Source: a bacterium (GTDB lineage Bacteria > Patescibacteriota > Minisyncoccia > Ryanbacterales > 2-02-FULL-48-12). From it: 30,410 nucleotides of DNA. Where the stretch lies: positions 1 through 30,410 of the forward strand of contig SBBS01000016.1 in the NCBI GenBank assembly GCA_005239605.1, read 5' to 3'. Within the stretch, counting starts at the first letter, position 1. Each line of letters begins with the position of its first letter. The notes under the pieces were generated by a model. It was not told where the DNA came from and ran no database searches. It was given only the letters and a program-made list of their open reading frames with translations. The position numbers and the translations under genes are program-made. Shown here one piece after another: positions 19,001 through 27,664 of this stretch.

Positions 19001-19755
19001 AGTTTCTGGCGATGGATACGCTGAAGAAGGGTACCATTCAGACATTCACCTTTGCGAAAAGAAACATCAATGACGCGCCGAACAAATACTATTACGATAT
19101 GCTGCTCACATATTTCTTGCCGGTAGAAAAGATTCCGCCGCGAGACGAAGGTTTCGCCATCACGCGCGAATTTTATCAGTTGGATAATGAACAAAATGCC
19201 AAGCCGGTATACGAGGCAAAGCGGGGGGAGGTTCTGCGCGGGCGTCTTACTATCACCGTGCCGGAAGAGAGAAACCTTATGTCGGTAGAAGATTTTATTC
19301 CGGCGGGCATGGAGCTTGTGAACTTAAAACTTTCAACGGAAGATGCGTCGTTGCAGGTACCCGAGGATGACGAGTACCAGGAGTATCCGTACGGAAGCAG
19401 GGAAGGCAGATTAGAAACTCCACGCGGCAAAGTTGCGCAGTTTTTCTCAAAGATTGGATTTTTACCTTTGAGCGCTCGCATCTTGCCTTTTATCGGCATT
19501 AAGGAGCTGGGAGATGAATATTATGGCAAGCGCTTTAAGCCTACGCTTGCGTTTCAGCCGGATGCGGAGGAATTACGGGACGATCGGCTGTTTCTTTTTG
19601 CGGAGCGCGTACCGCCCGGTGTATATCACTATGATTATTTTGTACGCGCTCTGGTTCCCGGCACATTCCATCATCTCCCCGCCATAACCAACGAAATGTA
19701 TTTCCCTGAAAATTTTGGCCGAAGCCGCGGCGAACTCTTCAAGATTACTCAATAA
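13081..19755 (+). CDS. Bacterial alpha-2-macroglobulin (YfhM-like, 2224 aa) with N-terminal TM anchor and Ig-like domains
   Basis: MG2 YTDKPIYRPGQ, LPDNLTTW, thioester motif YPFGCSEQ, DGSWGSTH, C-terminal YFVRALVPG...MYFPE. Start moved to 13081 because 12949-13080 is the divergent promoter region. Confidence 0.93.
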   Translation: MDEQKLLPAPRRWERVFEWAKPWMTKKVAVSGAVLGAILLAVIWQGWRGGKFARPEFEEMYSLVPDKVSQSAAIPVRLPEGVRFAVAQAAEAIAFDPELKGDWHAGDEEDKLFFQPAKKLELGSYYAVTLTAGEITLSKDFLVDEDPRIVSVFPNKDSEASEYSQITIVFNRPMVPLTTLDELSDKEIPVQISPATPGAFKWITTRNLQFIPKDRLKRSSHYTVAIQPGFISMDGLSVPAVSYEFTTRPLRYEYMYPDSVAMQGNPVRIVFNQPIDIERTQRELTLKKGADAVDFAVGYGKRELYNAESKKYEVFLDKSILEIYNKHDQHGRENVWDFESQYSYTLAKAYPAEGDMILEQGFSGTVSIPPIIGNITAESPRSRHATQDLFDPEGKLWITFAEDINKDASKIEAPARKEIGYGEKCREPQAGEEVFYGEDCQKVPDQKRIYLTFDPSSFKPGQEFMVTFKKIVNADGLVMNANDIIKPVRIYPSLAIYSTVPGEGGENTDLTKMVVCSSNPLQIPDETAFYERVKSNVTVGLWNWHEPYRVTRDNTGAVCKVGQFENTILYGLVPEFSYKISLSLVDDFGQKAEKTVHFQSGKLSSFDRNFFHLQKEYNVTSPDRLKFIYGVDNIEYVNFHICEVTPETMLRYMEERPEIQTSPANLDCSNVFERRIDLPKTYWSRSYFQIKLDEYLPDPIGHYVLSFSHPEYRRMEWEWDDNLGRSVARPLERIYERTFVTVTKLAVQEKKVEWKDEFWASAPAEQKEVVSDTLRKAQRNVYWVTRFGSLDPVPDARVEIYKKGIQHTSSYATGNDGIALAGAEPDIVGAIVRSGKDSAIISERIDKLAWNAPAQAVEHAYVYTDKPIYRPGQQVFIKGIYRLGFNAEYRPMEGKKTEVSIRNSKYEEVSKKTLQLNEYGTFTTDFTLDANAPLGTYSITAPGGTSYFDVEEYVPAAFKVEAKGDREEYIAGDTMKLDVDANYYFGVPVEGGEVEYSLASQDFYFDRYQDGYFSFGRGWYYNFDGWYGDTFILRGKTVLDTHGKARISQQLDFNKFFKGAEAEKSKIFTAHITVRNQNGQSISTRKSFIVHRGELYAGVSLENNFVGKNEQVTARIKTVDTNGKEISRRNILIEAQKITWESFKRREVDGQYYYRSEEKRETVRKETVSTDRNGNAQYQFSLPDEGEYEVRVSAADDRGNPVSGSESLYVYGQGSVSVRPTNNETLDLATDKQDVSVGEKVKVIIKSPYERAKALVSIERGTIFSYHILDVRGGLAEFQFDVKEEYIPNVSVSILLLSSQPEIKYGEIQYRVNTKERDLNITARSDKNNYLPGETVNLDMAVKDKQGRPVQAELSLAVVDMSVLALKGNPKKNPVLFFFGGTPVSVSTASNIKNILHEADIPTGTKGGGGGSDELARKKRGVFKDTALWEGVVQTDGAGKAHVSFRLPDNLTTWQVESVGVTKDTKVGVGYLEFKARKELMVVPLKPRFIIPGDIFLIGGQVFNETDAKQKISLSFASQTLHLQDTDKQSVTLNAHESKTVYFSVEAPRGMREGEHVFMLSAHADSREDTVEDTIPITRNDTYESVATAHYTGDTINKEFLYVPSNAAPDRGGLVVKANATLAVYLSDALTYLVEYPFGCSEQIASKLSALAIVKRGLAVKNIGDAFTLGDVEFEGRKYSPDDVVRIGLARIYQNQLPEGGFTYYTGMRADPYLTMHIITALAELRDAGYAVDAERLTRAADYLSREVSLQPALSVSKRGALRSAANYFLPPPPVGAMSPAKQLDTDFVILAAYALSRVPGYENGGDIQKRISVIAQDSKYIREDSSNVSLAYLALILAKGYPEDIKDTVYKQLENRLIIDGRGASLSLQGRDRLYQFYETPIKDTALFIKALAADRRDVAVLDKALRWILASRSKDGSWGSTHNTAAVIDALTDFLNWKKESESAFNLSLALDSEQVGEITFDASNILQSFEKFLAMDTLKKGTIQTFTFAKRNINDAPNKYYYDMLLTYFLPVEKIPPRDEGFAITREFYQLDNEQNAKPVYEAKRGEVLRGRLTITVPEERNLMSVEDFIPAGMELVNLKLSTEDASLQVPEDDEYQEYPYGSREGRLETPRGKVAQFFSKIGFLPLSARILPFIGIKELGDEYYGKRFKPTLAFQPDAEELRDDRLFLFAERVPPGVYHYDYFVRALVPGTFHHLPAITNEMYFPENFGRSRGELFKITQ

Positions 19756-21742
19756 TCTGGTTGACAGAGACATGTATATGCTGGTTTTTTTCGTTTGTTC
19801 GCGCCTCTATGCGATACACGCCGGGTTTTGCGGGTTTCCATGAAATACGGCTTCCTTCGCCTAAGGGAGCGCTGTTGATGTACCACGAAGCTTGTTGTCC
19901 ATTGGTTGAGGCGAGAGGAATTGCCATGCGTGTTTCAAACTCAAACATGTCTCCGTCATGCGGTTCTGCTATCAATTCTTGCTGTAACAAAAGATCGCGC
20001 GCTTGTTCAAAGTTGTCTCCCGCCAACCCGTATTCTATGGTGTTTTCTGTTGGATAGGCTTGCACGCGCGTAAGTTCAAATGGTTTACCTGAATTATATT
20101 TTGAATGTAGCAGTACCTCCATACCGTCGCGCCAAATTTTTCCCGCGCCCATTTGCCCGGATAGTTTGTACATGGGTTTGTTGTCGCTATTGCCCAGCCA
20201 CACGCCCACCAAAAAATCCGGCGTATAGCCAACGGTCCAACTGTCATGATAATCATGCGATGTGCCTGTTTTTACCGCGTAGTTGGAAGCGGATAAATTT
20301 AGACTGCTTGCTGCGCCGAATTGATCAATACGCGCTATATGGTCGGATAAAATAAATGTCACGAGCTCCGTGAACGCGGGATTTAACACTACTTTATTAT
20401 CTGAAATAGGCAGAGACATAGGCGGCGTGATTGAAACAGATGTGCCGATATCAATGGGTTTGAGAATGCCGTTGTTGGGAAAGATTGTGAAATAATGCGC
20501 AAGCGTGAGTAAATCCATCTCCAATACTCCTAATGCGATGCCTAATTCATACGACGGCAAGGGACGCAATGGCTTGAATCCCAGATCCGTTTCCAAAAAT
20601 GCGTAAAAATTATCCAAGCCCGCGTATTCCAGCACTTTCACACTTGGTGCGTTAAGACTGTTTGCAAGCGCTTCGTGAAGCGTAACGATTCCGCGATATG
20701 CGCCGTCGTAGTTTCGCGGGTACAGTTCAAACCCTGTGCCGATTTTAAATTTGTATTCGCGGTCATCCACTTTCGTGTAGGGCCGGGCGCCTTTTTCAAA
20801 CGCTTTAGCATAGATAAACGGTTTTGCGGTAGAACCGATTGGGCGCGGTTCTGTTGCCATATTAATCTGATACCCTTGGCGGGCAGTGTGCGGATAGGGA
20901 GAACCGACAAGCGCCAACAGTTGATTGTGTTCTTCGCCGGTACCCATGCGAATAACAACAATTGCCGCATTTTGCGCGCTTACAAAGGATGTATCGGCCA
21001 TGGTGAACTGGAGTATGCCGCGCAATTTTTCTGTTAGGTCATTATCTATAGTAAGGCGGCATGGTTTTGTGCACATGCGCGAATACGCGGCAAGTTCAAA
21101 CATGTTTTTGTGCGCGCGTTGATACGTCTCTACGGTTGGATAGCGGCCCGGCTTGCTTACATGCGCCAAGATTGCCGCATATTCGGCTGAACCCAAAGAT
21201 TCCGGAGGCAGATTGAAATATACGCGCGCCGCTTCCGCAATGCCTTGCGCTTGATTGCCGAAATAAGCAGTGTTTGCGTACATGACAAGAATTTCTTCTT
21301 TTGTGGAATGGAGCTCTAAACTTACTGCATAGAGTATTTCTTTTATTTTGTTGCCCAGTGTGCGCTTGTTTTCATTGCCAAGAATGTTTTTTACCACCTG
21401 TTGGGTAAGCGTGCTGGAACCTGGGAAATATCCCATAAACGGGTACTGCGCCAAACTGCGCGCTATGCTGCCTATGTTGATGCCCGGATGGAGATAAAAA
21501 TAGTTGTCCTCTTTTGCAATAAGAAGTTTTGCGAATTCTTCCGGCACTGTGTCTACCGGGCGCATGTAATGTCCCTTGCTATTGGGAAGAATGGCAATTT
21601 CTGATTCGTTTCTGTCTTCTACAAGCGCCGATTTTTGTTGTTGGTACATCTCCCGCAGGTGAGAGGATGCCGATGCGGTCATGAAATATACCGCTCCCAA
21701 AAGCATTAATCCGGCGCTATAGCTTCTAGATTTCTTGGACAT
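19745..21742 (-). CDS. pbpC: Penicillin-binding protein 1C-like bifunctional transglycosylase/transpeptidase
   Basis: TG motifs EDNYFYLHPG and GSSTLTQQVVK; TP motifs STAK, SLN, KTG; C-terminal BiPBP_C-like domain; adjacent to the A2M gene. Confidence 0.88.
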   Translation of the reverse strand: MSKKSRSYSAGLMLLGAVYFMTASASSHLREMYQQQKSALVEDRNESEIAILPNSKGHYMRPVDTVPEEFAKLLIAKEDNYFYLHPGINIGSIARSLAQYPFMGYFPGSSTLTQQVVKNILGNENKRTLGNKIKEILYAVSLELHSTKEEILVMYANTAYFGNQAQGIAEAARVYFNLPPESLGSAEYAAILAHVSKPGRYPTVETYQRAHKNMFELAAYSRMCTKPCRLTIDNDLTEKLRGILQFTMADTSFVSAQNAAIVVIRMGTGEEHNQLLALVGSPYPHTARQGYQINMATEPRPIGSTAKPFIYAKAFEKGARPYTKVDDREYKFKIGTGFELYPRNYDGAYRGIVTLHEALANSLNAPSVKVLEYAGLDNFYAFLETDLGFKPLRPLPSYELGIALGVLEMDLLTLAHYFTIFPNNGILKPIDIGTSVSITPPMSLPISDNKVVLNPAFTELVTFILSDHIARIDQFGAASSLNLSASNYAVKTGTSHDYHDSWTVGYTPDFLVGVWLGNSDNKPMYKLSGQMGAGKIWRDGMEVLLHSKYNSGKPFELTRVQAYPTENTIEYGLAGDNFEQARDLLLQQELIAEPHDGDMFEFETRMAIPLASTNGQQASWYINSAPLGEGSRISWKPAKPGVYRIEARTNEKNQHIHVSVNQIIE

Positions 21743-21748
21743 GAATCT

Positions 21749-24700
21749 TTATTGAAGTTTTTGTATCATATCGCGCAATGCTGCCGCTTTTTCAAAATCA
21801 AATTTTGCGGCCGCTTTCCGCATGTCTGCTTCCAGTTCTTTCTTGAATTCCTGCAGAGAACGTTTGTCGTTTTTATGCTCAAGAATTTTTTCTTCCAAGC
21901 GTTGTTCAAGGATGTCTTCTTTTTTGGTGTCGGCGGGGAACCACCCGCGGATTTCTTTTGTAACAGGTGCGGGGACAATACCGTGTTCTTTGTTGTACGC
22001 TTCCTGGATTTTTCGCCGCCGTTCGGCAGTTTCTATTGCTTCTTTCATGGAGCCGGTAATAGTGTCGGCATAGAGAATTACATGCCCGTTTACATGCCGC
22101 GCGGCGCGCCCCATGGTTTGAATCAATGTTATGGCATTGCGCAAAAATCCTTCTTTGTCGGCGTCTAAAATAGCCACCAGCGAAACTTCGGGAATATCCA
22201 ACCCTTCGCGCAAAAGGTTAATGCCCACAAGCGCATCGTACGCGCCTTTTCGCAAGTTTTGCAGGGTTTCGGTGCGCTCAAGCGTTTTTACTTCCGCGTG
22301 GATATAGGCGGTTTTTATTCCTTCGCCGGAAAGATAATCCGCAATGTCTTCGGCAAGCCGTTTTGTGATGGTGGTAACAAGCGTGCGCTCTCCTGCCGCC
22401 GCGCGTTTTTTAATTTCAACCGCCGCGTCATGAATTTGGTTTTTGGCGGGGCGAATTTCAATGTCGGGATCCAAAAGGCCGGTTGGGCGCACCAGCTGTT
22501 CGGAGGCCGGGCCGCTTGAGAGTTCAAAGTGCCCGGGGGTTGCCGATACATACACCACTTGCGGCACGCGGCTTTCAAACTCTTCAAACATAAGGGGGCG
22601 ATTATCCAGCGCGGAAGGAAGGCGAAAGCCGTGTTCTATAAGCGTTTGTTTTCGCGCGCGATCGCCCTGATACATGCCGCGGATCTGCGGCAAGGTCATG
22701 TGCGATTCATCAATGAAGGTAATAAAATCTTTCGGGAAATAATCCAGTAAGGTGGCGGGCGGGTCCCCGGCGTTTCGGAAGGACAGATGCCGTGAATAGT
22801 TTTCAATGCCCGAGCAGTAACCCGTGGTGCGCAGCATTTCCATATCAAAACGGGTGCGTTCCCGAAGGCGTTCGGCTTCCAGCGCCTTGCCGCGGTTTTG
22901 CAGGGTTGCGACATACGCTTCCAGTTCCTGTTCAATGTTTGCGATTGCTTGTTCCAGTTTATCTGATGCGGTTACGAAATGTTTTGCGGGAAAGAGCTGA
23001 ACATTCTTTTCATCTTTGTTTATCTGCTCAATTTCATTCCCGAAGAATTCCACTCGCGTTGTTTCCATGCCGGTAGGGGATACTATTTCCACCATATCTC
23101 CTTTAATACTGAAAGTACCCGCCTGGGGATCGGTGTCGTTTCGTTCGTATTGCAGAGCGGCAAGGGTTTTTAAAAAATCATTTTGTTTTATTTTCTGCCC
23201 CGCGCGGATTGAAACGGCCATACTGCCGTATTCAGCCGGATCCCCCAGGCCGTATATGCACGAAACCGAGGCAACGATAATAACATCGCGGCGCGTCAGA
23301 AGCGATTGGGTGGAGGCGTGGCGCAGGCGGTCAATAAACTCATTTATTTTGGCGTCTTTTTCTATGTAGGTGTCGGTTTGCGGAATGTAGGCCTCCGGTT
23401 GGTAGTAGTCGTAGTAGGAAACGAAATAGCGAACGGCGTTGTCGGGGAAGAACTCTTTGAATTCTTGGTACAATTGCGCGGCGAGTGTTTTGTTGTGTGA
23501 AATCACAAGCGTGGGTTTTTGCACGCGCTCAATAACATTCGCCATAGTAAATGTATTGTGAACAAATAAACCACCTGAGCCCGCAAGAAAGGTCTCATTC
23601 TCTTGTACGGAAAAATCGTAGACATAATCTTCCTTGGGCGCCTCAACAATTTCACGTACCGGTGTCCAATAAAGATTGAGGAGATATTCTTTTGATTCAA
23701 TTTCATGCATGGCCGCGATGTCTTTTTTTGCATAGGCAAATTCTTTTAATGTATTGATGATTTTTTTGAAGACTTCTTGAGAAGGTTTTCTCAAATTATT
23801 TTCAACCATTGATAAGTAGGAACTTTCAACATAGCATGCTTTTGCAACGTCTCTCTGAAAAAGAGAAAGATGTGTGCGTATTGTATGGATCCACCTGCCA
23901 TCGATTGGAATGATATCCACGTTAGTGTTGTAGGATTTGTCGAGTAGTGAGGCAAGTTTAACCTGTTTTCTTTTTAGAGAAAAACCAATCTCTGCTTGAA
24001 AAACTTTTAAAAATTTTTGGCCGGATATATTTACAACCCAATATGTTCGTTTTGTATTCTTGCGGGGCAATTTTACTCTTTTTTCCCTTATTCTCGCTAT
24101 AATACCAAACCGTAACAGCGCATAGGTTAAATCAGAGGCAAGCTCCTCACTTGCCGTGGCGCATGTTATGGCGGCTCCATCTAGACCGCCATCAGCAGAG
24201 AAATAAGCTTTTAAAAGATTACTAAGTTGTTCATTTGAAAGTTGCGGCCAGAAGCTGGGCAGGCGTTTTTTTTGAGATATCTTACCATTCAAGATGCCTA
24301 ATAATTCACTCCAAAAGACTGAAGACACTTGATAATCATACGTTTTATCCCTTTGCCTCCAATGAAGTCCGAGTTGAGCAAAAGTTGCCGTAAAATCAGA
24401 GACAATTTCTTTGTCTGCAGATGAAATAACAAAATATTTGTCTTCAGCATGTCCCTCGGCTACGTAGTAACCAAAAAGGCGCATTATATTATTGTGAAGA
24501 CGGAGTTCCATCGGAAACTGGTAATTTTTTCCGTACACACCAATGGCGGCATTATGAGAAAGACTTGGTGTTTTCTGTGCTAGTTGTTGGTATAAGCCCA
24601 GGGAGATGCGTTCTTCTGTGCGCAGTATGTGGTGAATCTTTGTTGGTGTTAGGAGCGGGCGTAGATTATGTTCATCTGTAGGCCAGAGTGATTTGAATTC

Positions 24701-25312
24701 TGGAATGGCAACGAATAATTTTCTTTGAGGCGGGAAGTAATTATATAAAGGTAGGGTCGTTAGTGTATGTTTTTGAGGAGGGATACCAAGAGGAACGGGG
24801 ATAAAATCTCCCCTTTTGATATTAGTCGTTGTCATCAGCCGAAGCTTGCCATTGCGCAACACAAAAAAGTTATGATTTTTAGTCACAGTTACATTTCGCC
24901 CGCATGTCGTTATTACAGTAGAAGGTTTATCTGTGTACGTATGTCGAATAAACTGAGTGATGGGCTTCCATGAAGGCAGATTGGTTTTAGGATCGAAGCT
25001 ATAGGTTTCAAATTGAGGCAAGGGGAGGTCTCCAGCCAAAATGAGTTTGCTCTCCCCAACTGATTTTATTCTGTCTGGAAAATTTGCAAATAACTTGTCA
25101 ATAAATAAACCAATATTTTCTTGAGTGATTTTTTCTTCTTGCTTAATAAGAACATGTGTTTTACCAACAACACTCTTGCCGCTGCCGGTAACTCCGATAA
25201 GCGTTTGTTCGGGCGTGCCGTTTTTTAAGCGCGCCGAAATTTCCTCAATCGCCTGCGGCTGATCGCCAGTAGGATGGTATTTACTTTTGATTTTGAAATC
25301 CATAACTTGCAC
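21749..25312 (-). CDS. uvrB: Excinuclease ABC subunit B precursor containing an intein
   Basis: [19 protein letters not shown] split by an insertion, [25 protein letters not shown]-terminal FEKAAALRD. Start is GTG 25312 or ATG 25303. Confidence 0.97.
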   Translation of the reverse strand: MQVMDFKIKSKYHPTGDQPQAIEEISARLKNGTPEQTLIGVTGSGKSVVGKTHVLIKQEEKITQENIGLFIDKLFANFPDRIKSVGESKLILAGDLPLPQFETYSFDPKTNLPSWKPITQFIRHTYTDKPSTVITTCGRNVTVTKNHNFFVLRNGKLRLMTTTNIKRGDFIPVPLGIPPQKHTLTTLPLYNYFPPQRKLFVAIPEFKSLWPTDEHNLRPLLTPTKIHHILRTEERISLGLYQQLAQKTPSLSHNAAIGVYGKNYQFPMELRLHNNIMRLFGYYVAEGHAEDKYFVISSADKEIVSDFTATFAQLGLHWRQRDKTYDYQVSSVFWSELLGILNGKISQKKRLPSFWPQLSNEQLSNLLKAYFSADGGLDGAAITCATASEELASDLTYALLRFGIIARIREKRVKLPRKNTKRTYWVVNISGQKFLKVFQAEIGFSLKRKQVKLASLLDKSYNTNVDIIPIDGRWIHTIRTHLSLFQRDVAKACYVESSYLSMVENNLRKPSQEVFKKIINTLKEFAYAKKDIAAMHEIESKEYLLNLYWTPVREIVEAPKEDYVYDFSVQENETFLAGSGGLFVHNTFTMANVIERVQKPTLVISHNKTLAAQLYQEFKEFFPDNAVRYFVSYYDYYQPEAYIPQTDTYIEKDAKINEFIDRLRHASTQSLLTRRDVIIVASVSCIYGLGDPAEYGSMAVSIRAGQKIKQNDFLKTLAALQYERNDTDPQAGTFSIKGDMVEIVSPTGMETTRVEFFGNEIEQINKDEKNVQLFPAKHFVTASDKLEQAIANIEQELEAYVATLQNRGKALEAERLRERTRFDMEMLRTTGYCSGIENYSRHLSFRNAGDPPATLLDYFPKDFITFIDESHMTLPQIRGMYQGDRARKQTLIEHGFRLPSALDNRPLMFEEFESRVPQVVYVSATPGHFELSSGPASEQLVRPTGLLDPDIEIRPAKNQIHDAAVEIKKRAAAGERTLVTTITKRLAEDIADYLSGEGIKTAYIHAEVKTLERTETLQNLRKGAYDALVGINLLREGLDIPEVSLVAILDADKEGFLRNAITLIQTMGRAARHVNGHVILYADTITGSMKEAIETAERRRKIQEAYNKEHGIVPAPVTKEIRGWFPADTKKEDILEQRLEEKILEHKNDKRSLQEFKKELEADMRKAAAKFDFEKAAALRDMIQKLQ
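23555..25174 (-). mobile_element. Intein (540 aa) with LAGLIDADG homing endonuclease and XRE-type HTH
   Basis: Begins SVVGKTHVL after GSGK and ends GGLFVHN before Thr. Block [24 protein letters not shown]-like FGYYVAEG and AYFSADG, block [14 protein letters not shown]. Visibly more AT-rich than the exteins; removal restores a UvrB of about 645 aa. Confidence 0.95.
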
Positions 25313-25368
25313 TAATCGCCAGTCGGCTTTTTTCTTTCCTAAACTCCTATTATACTACAAATACCCAC

Positions 25369-25956
25369 ATGATTAGTTACCTTGAAGGAACGGTTATATT
25401 CAAAGGCGAGCGGTTCGCGGTTGTTTCTTGCGGCGGGGTGGGGTATAAAGTGCATTTCGCACCGGAAACTTTGCGAAGTATACCAAGCGCGGGAAGTCCT
25501 TTCAAGACATGGACGCATCTGCGCGTGCGCGAAACCGATATGGAATTATATGGGTTTTCCACCTATGCGGAAATGCAGTTTTTTGAGGTGTTGATTGGCG
25601 TTTCAGGTATTGGCCCTAAGTCTGCTCTGGGTATTTTGGGGGTTGCGCCTCTTGATACATTAAAACGAGCAATTGCGGCGGGAGAGATGAATTATCTAAC
25701 AAAAGTGTCCGGCGTAGGAAAGCGCATGGCCGAAAAAATTATCGTGGAGCTGCGCGACAAGCTGGGTGGAGCGGCGATGCCGGACGGTGTTCGCACTGAG
25801 CTTGCCGCGGACACGGATGTGCTGGACGCGCTTATTGCCATGGGGTATTCTGGGCGGGAGGTGCGCGAAGCCGTAAGCCGCATTCCGGCGAATGTTTCAG
25901 GAACAAAAGAGCGCCTCGGGGAGGCGCTGCGCATGCTTGGGAAAAAAAGCGCATGA
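25369..25956 (+). CDS. ruvA: Holliday junction branch migration protein RuvA
   Basis: MISYLEG, GVGYKV, LYGF, VSGIGPKSAL, VSGVGKRMAEKIIVELRDK. Confidence 0.97.
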   Translation: MISYLEGTVIFKGERFAVVSCGGVGYKVHFAPETLRSIPSAGSPFKTWTHLRVRETDMELYGFSTYAEMQFFEVLIGVSGIGPKSALGILGVAPLDTLKRAIAAGEMNYLTKVSGVGKRMAEKIIVELRDKLGGAAMPDGVRTELAADTDVLDALIAMGYSGREVREAVSRIPANVSGTKERLGEALRMLGKKSA

Positions 25957-27158
25957 TGCATGGTATCAAACAATTTATACCAAAGAGCGTTTTCAATTTT
26001 TTTCAGCCGTTGTATCACCGCTTTCTTGCGTGGTTGGCGGCTGTTTGGTATTTGTTTCCTTCGCAAAAACTCATGGTCATAGGCGTAACCGGCACAAACG
26101 GCAAATCAACTACCGTGGAATTGCTTGCGGAGATCATTGAAGAAGCCGGATATCGCGTTGCGTCCGCATCCTCCATACGTTTCCGCATTGCGGATCATGA
26201 GAAACCTAATGACACTAAAATGACCATGCCGGGCAGGTTTTTTTTGCAAAAATTTTTGCGGCTGGCGGTTCGCCATGGCGTTACACACGCGGTGCTGGAA
26301 GTAACATCCGAGGGTGTCAAGCAGTTCCGCCACGCGCATATCAAGTTTGATGTTGCGGTTATCACGAACATAACCCCCGAACATATTGAATCGCACGGAT
26401 CGTTTGAGGCGTATCGGATTGCAAAAGCGGAGCTCTTCCGCGCAACACCTGTTCATGTGCTGAACAAAGACGATGTTGAAACCTTTGCGTTTCTTTCAGC
26501 TATACCCGCCCAAAAACAAATTGCTTACTCATTAAAAGATTTTCCGCGTGAAATAAAATTGCGCCTGCCCGGAGACTTTAACCGCCAAAATGCGCTTGCC
26601 GCGCTTACAGCGGCCCAAGCAATCGGCATTCCGGTTGAGGTGAGCAAACGCGCGCTTGAACGCATTGATTATATCCCCGGGCGGCTTGAAGTTGTGCAAG
26701 CGCATCCGTTTGGCGTGGTAGTGGATTACGCGCACACGCCCGACGCGCTTGAAAAAGTGTACAAAGAATTGTCTGCCCCGCGCCTTATTTGCGTGCTGGG
26801 CGCCGCAGGAGGCGGGCGCGACAAATGGAAACGGCCGGAGCTCGGAAAAATTGCCGCACGGTATTGCGATTTCATTATCATTACCAACGAGGACCCTTAC
26901 GATGAAAATCCGGAGGATATCATGCATGATATTGAACGGGGATTTTTCGCAAAAAGCGTTAAAAAAATTCAGTACGAAAAAATAACTGACCGCCGCAAAG
27001 CCATTCACGAAGCGCTTGGCCGCGCGAAAAAGAATGAAGTTGTGATTATTACCGGCAAAGGATGCGAACAATGGATGGCGGGGCCGCGGGGGGAAAAAAT
27101 ACCATGGGATGATCGTATGGCAGTGAAAGAGGAATTGGGGAAGATTATTTCAAAATAA
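25953..27158 (+). CDS. murE: Mur ligase, MurE-like
   Basis: GVTGTNGKSTT, LEVTSEG, TNITPEHI, PGRLE, VDYAHTPDAL, GAAGGGRDKWKR, GKGCE. Confidence 0.85.
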   Translation: MMHGIKQFIPKSVFNFFQPLYHRFLAWLAAVWYLFPSQKLMVIGVTGTNGKSTTVELLAEIIEEAGYRVASASSIRFRIADHEKPNDTKMTMPGRFFLQKFLRLAVRHGVTHAVLEVTSEGVKQFRHAHIKFDVAVITNITPEHIESHGSFEAYRIAKAELFRATPVHVLNKDDVETFAFLSAIPAQKQIAYSLKDFPREIKLRLPGDFNRQNALAALTAAQAIGIPVEVSKRALERIDYIPGRLEVVQAHPFGVVVDYAHTPDALEKVYKELSAPRLICVLGAAGGGRDKWKRPELGKIAARYCDFIIITNEDPYDENPEDIMHDIERGFFAKSVKKIQYEKITDRRKAIHEALGRAKKNEVVIITGKGCEQWMAGPRGEKIPWDDRMAVKEELGKIISK

Positions 27159-27164
27159 TTTTCA

Positions 27165-27659
27165 ATGAAAATTAAAGTTATGCGAGTAAAAAAGAACCGT
27201 GTAATTGCAATATGCCACAACATCCGCAGTTTGCACAACGCGGGTTCCATGTTGCGCACGGCAGATGCGGCGGGGGTGGAGAAAATGTTTTTAACGGGGT
27301 ATACACCCGCGCCTGTAGACACATTCGGGAACGTGCGCCCAGAAATTGCCAAGACCGCGTTGGGCGCGGAGAAAACCGTGCCATGGGAAAAAGTAAAAGA
27401 TATCGGCAAACTCATTCGCCAGCTCAAAAACAAAGGCGTGTATGTTGTTGCGTTGGAGCAAGACACGCGCGCGGCAGATTACCGGAAGTTCAAGCCGCGC
27501 TATCCGCTTGCGCTTGTTGTGGGAAACGAAGTCCGCGGACTTTCACCGGCGCTGCTCAAGAAGTGTGATGCCGCTATTGAGATACCCATGCGGGGAAAAA
27601 AGGAATCGCTCAATGTTTCTGTTGCATTTGGGGTAGCGGTATATGGTATTATATTCTGA
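27165..27659 (+). CDS. SpoU/TrmH family RNA 2'-O-methyltransferase
   Basis: HNIRSLHNAGSMLRTADAAG, VVGNEVRG, IPMRGKKESLNVSVA. Confidence 0.92.
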   Translation: MKIKVMRVKKNRVIAICHNIRSLHNAGSMLRTADAAGVEKMFLTGYTPAPVDTFGNVRPEIAKTALGAEKTVPWEKVKDIGKLIRQLKNKGVYVVALEQDTRAADYRKFKPRYPLALVVGNEVRGLSPALLKKCDAAIEIPMRGKKESLNVSVAFGVAVYGIIF

Positions 27660-27664
27660 TATAT

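Noticed and set aside
25313-25368. LexA/SOS box between divergent uvrB and ruvA
   Set aside because: Neither CTGT-N8-ACAG nor GAAC-N4-GTTC is present; only back-to-back -10-like hexamers.
7585-25594. Numerous 60-220 aa ORFs nested in or antisense to polA, A2M, pbpC and uvrB
   Set aside because: No recognisable motifs or initiation signals; expected shadow frames of GC-balanced coding DNA.
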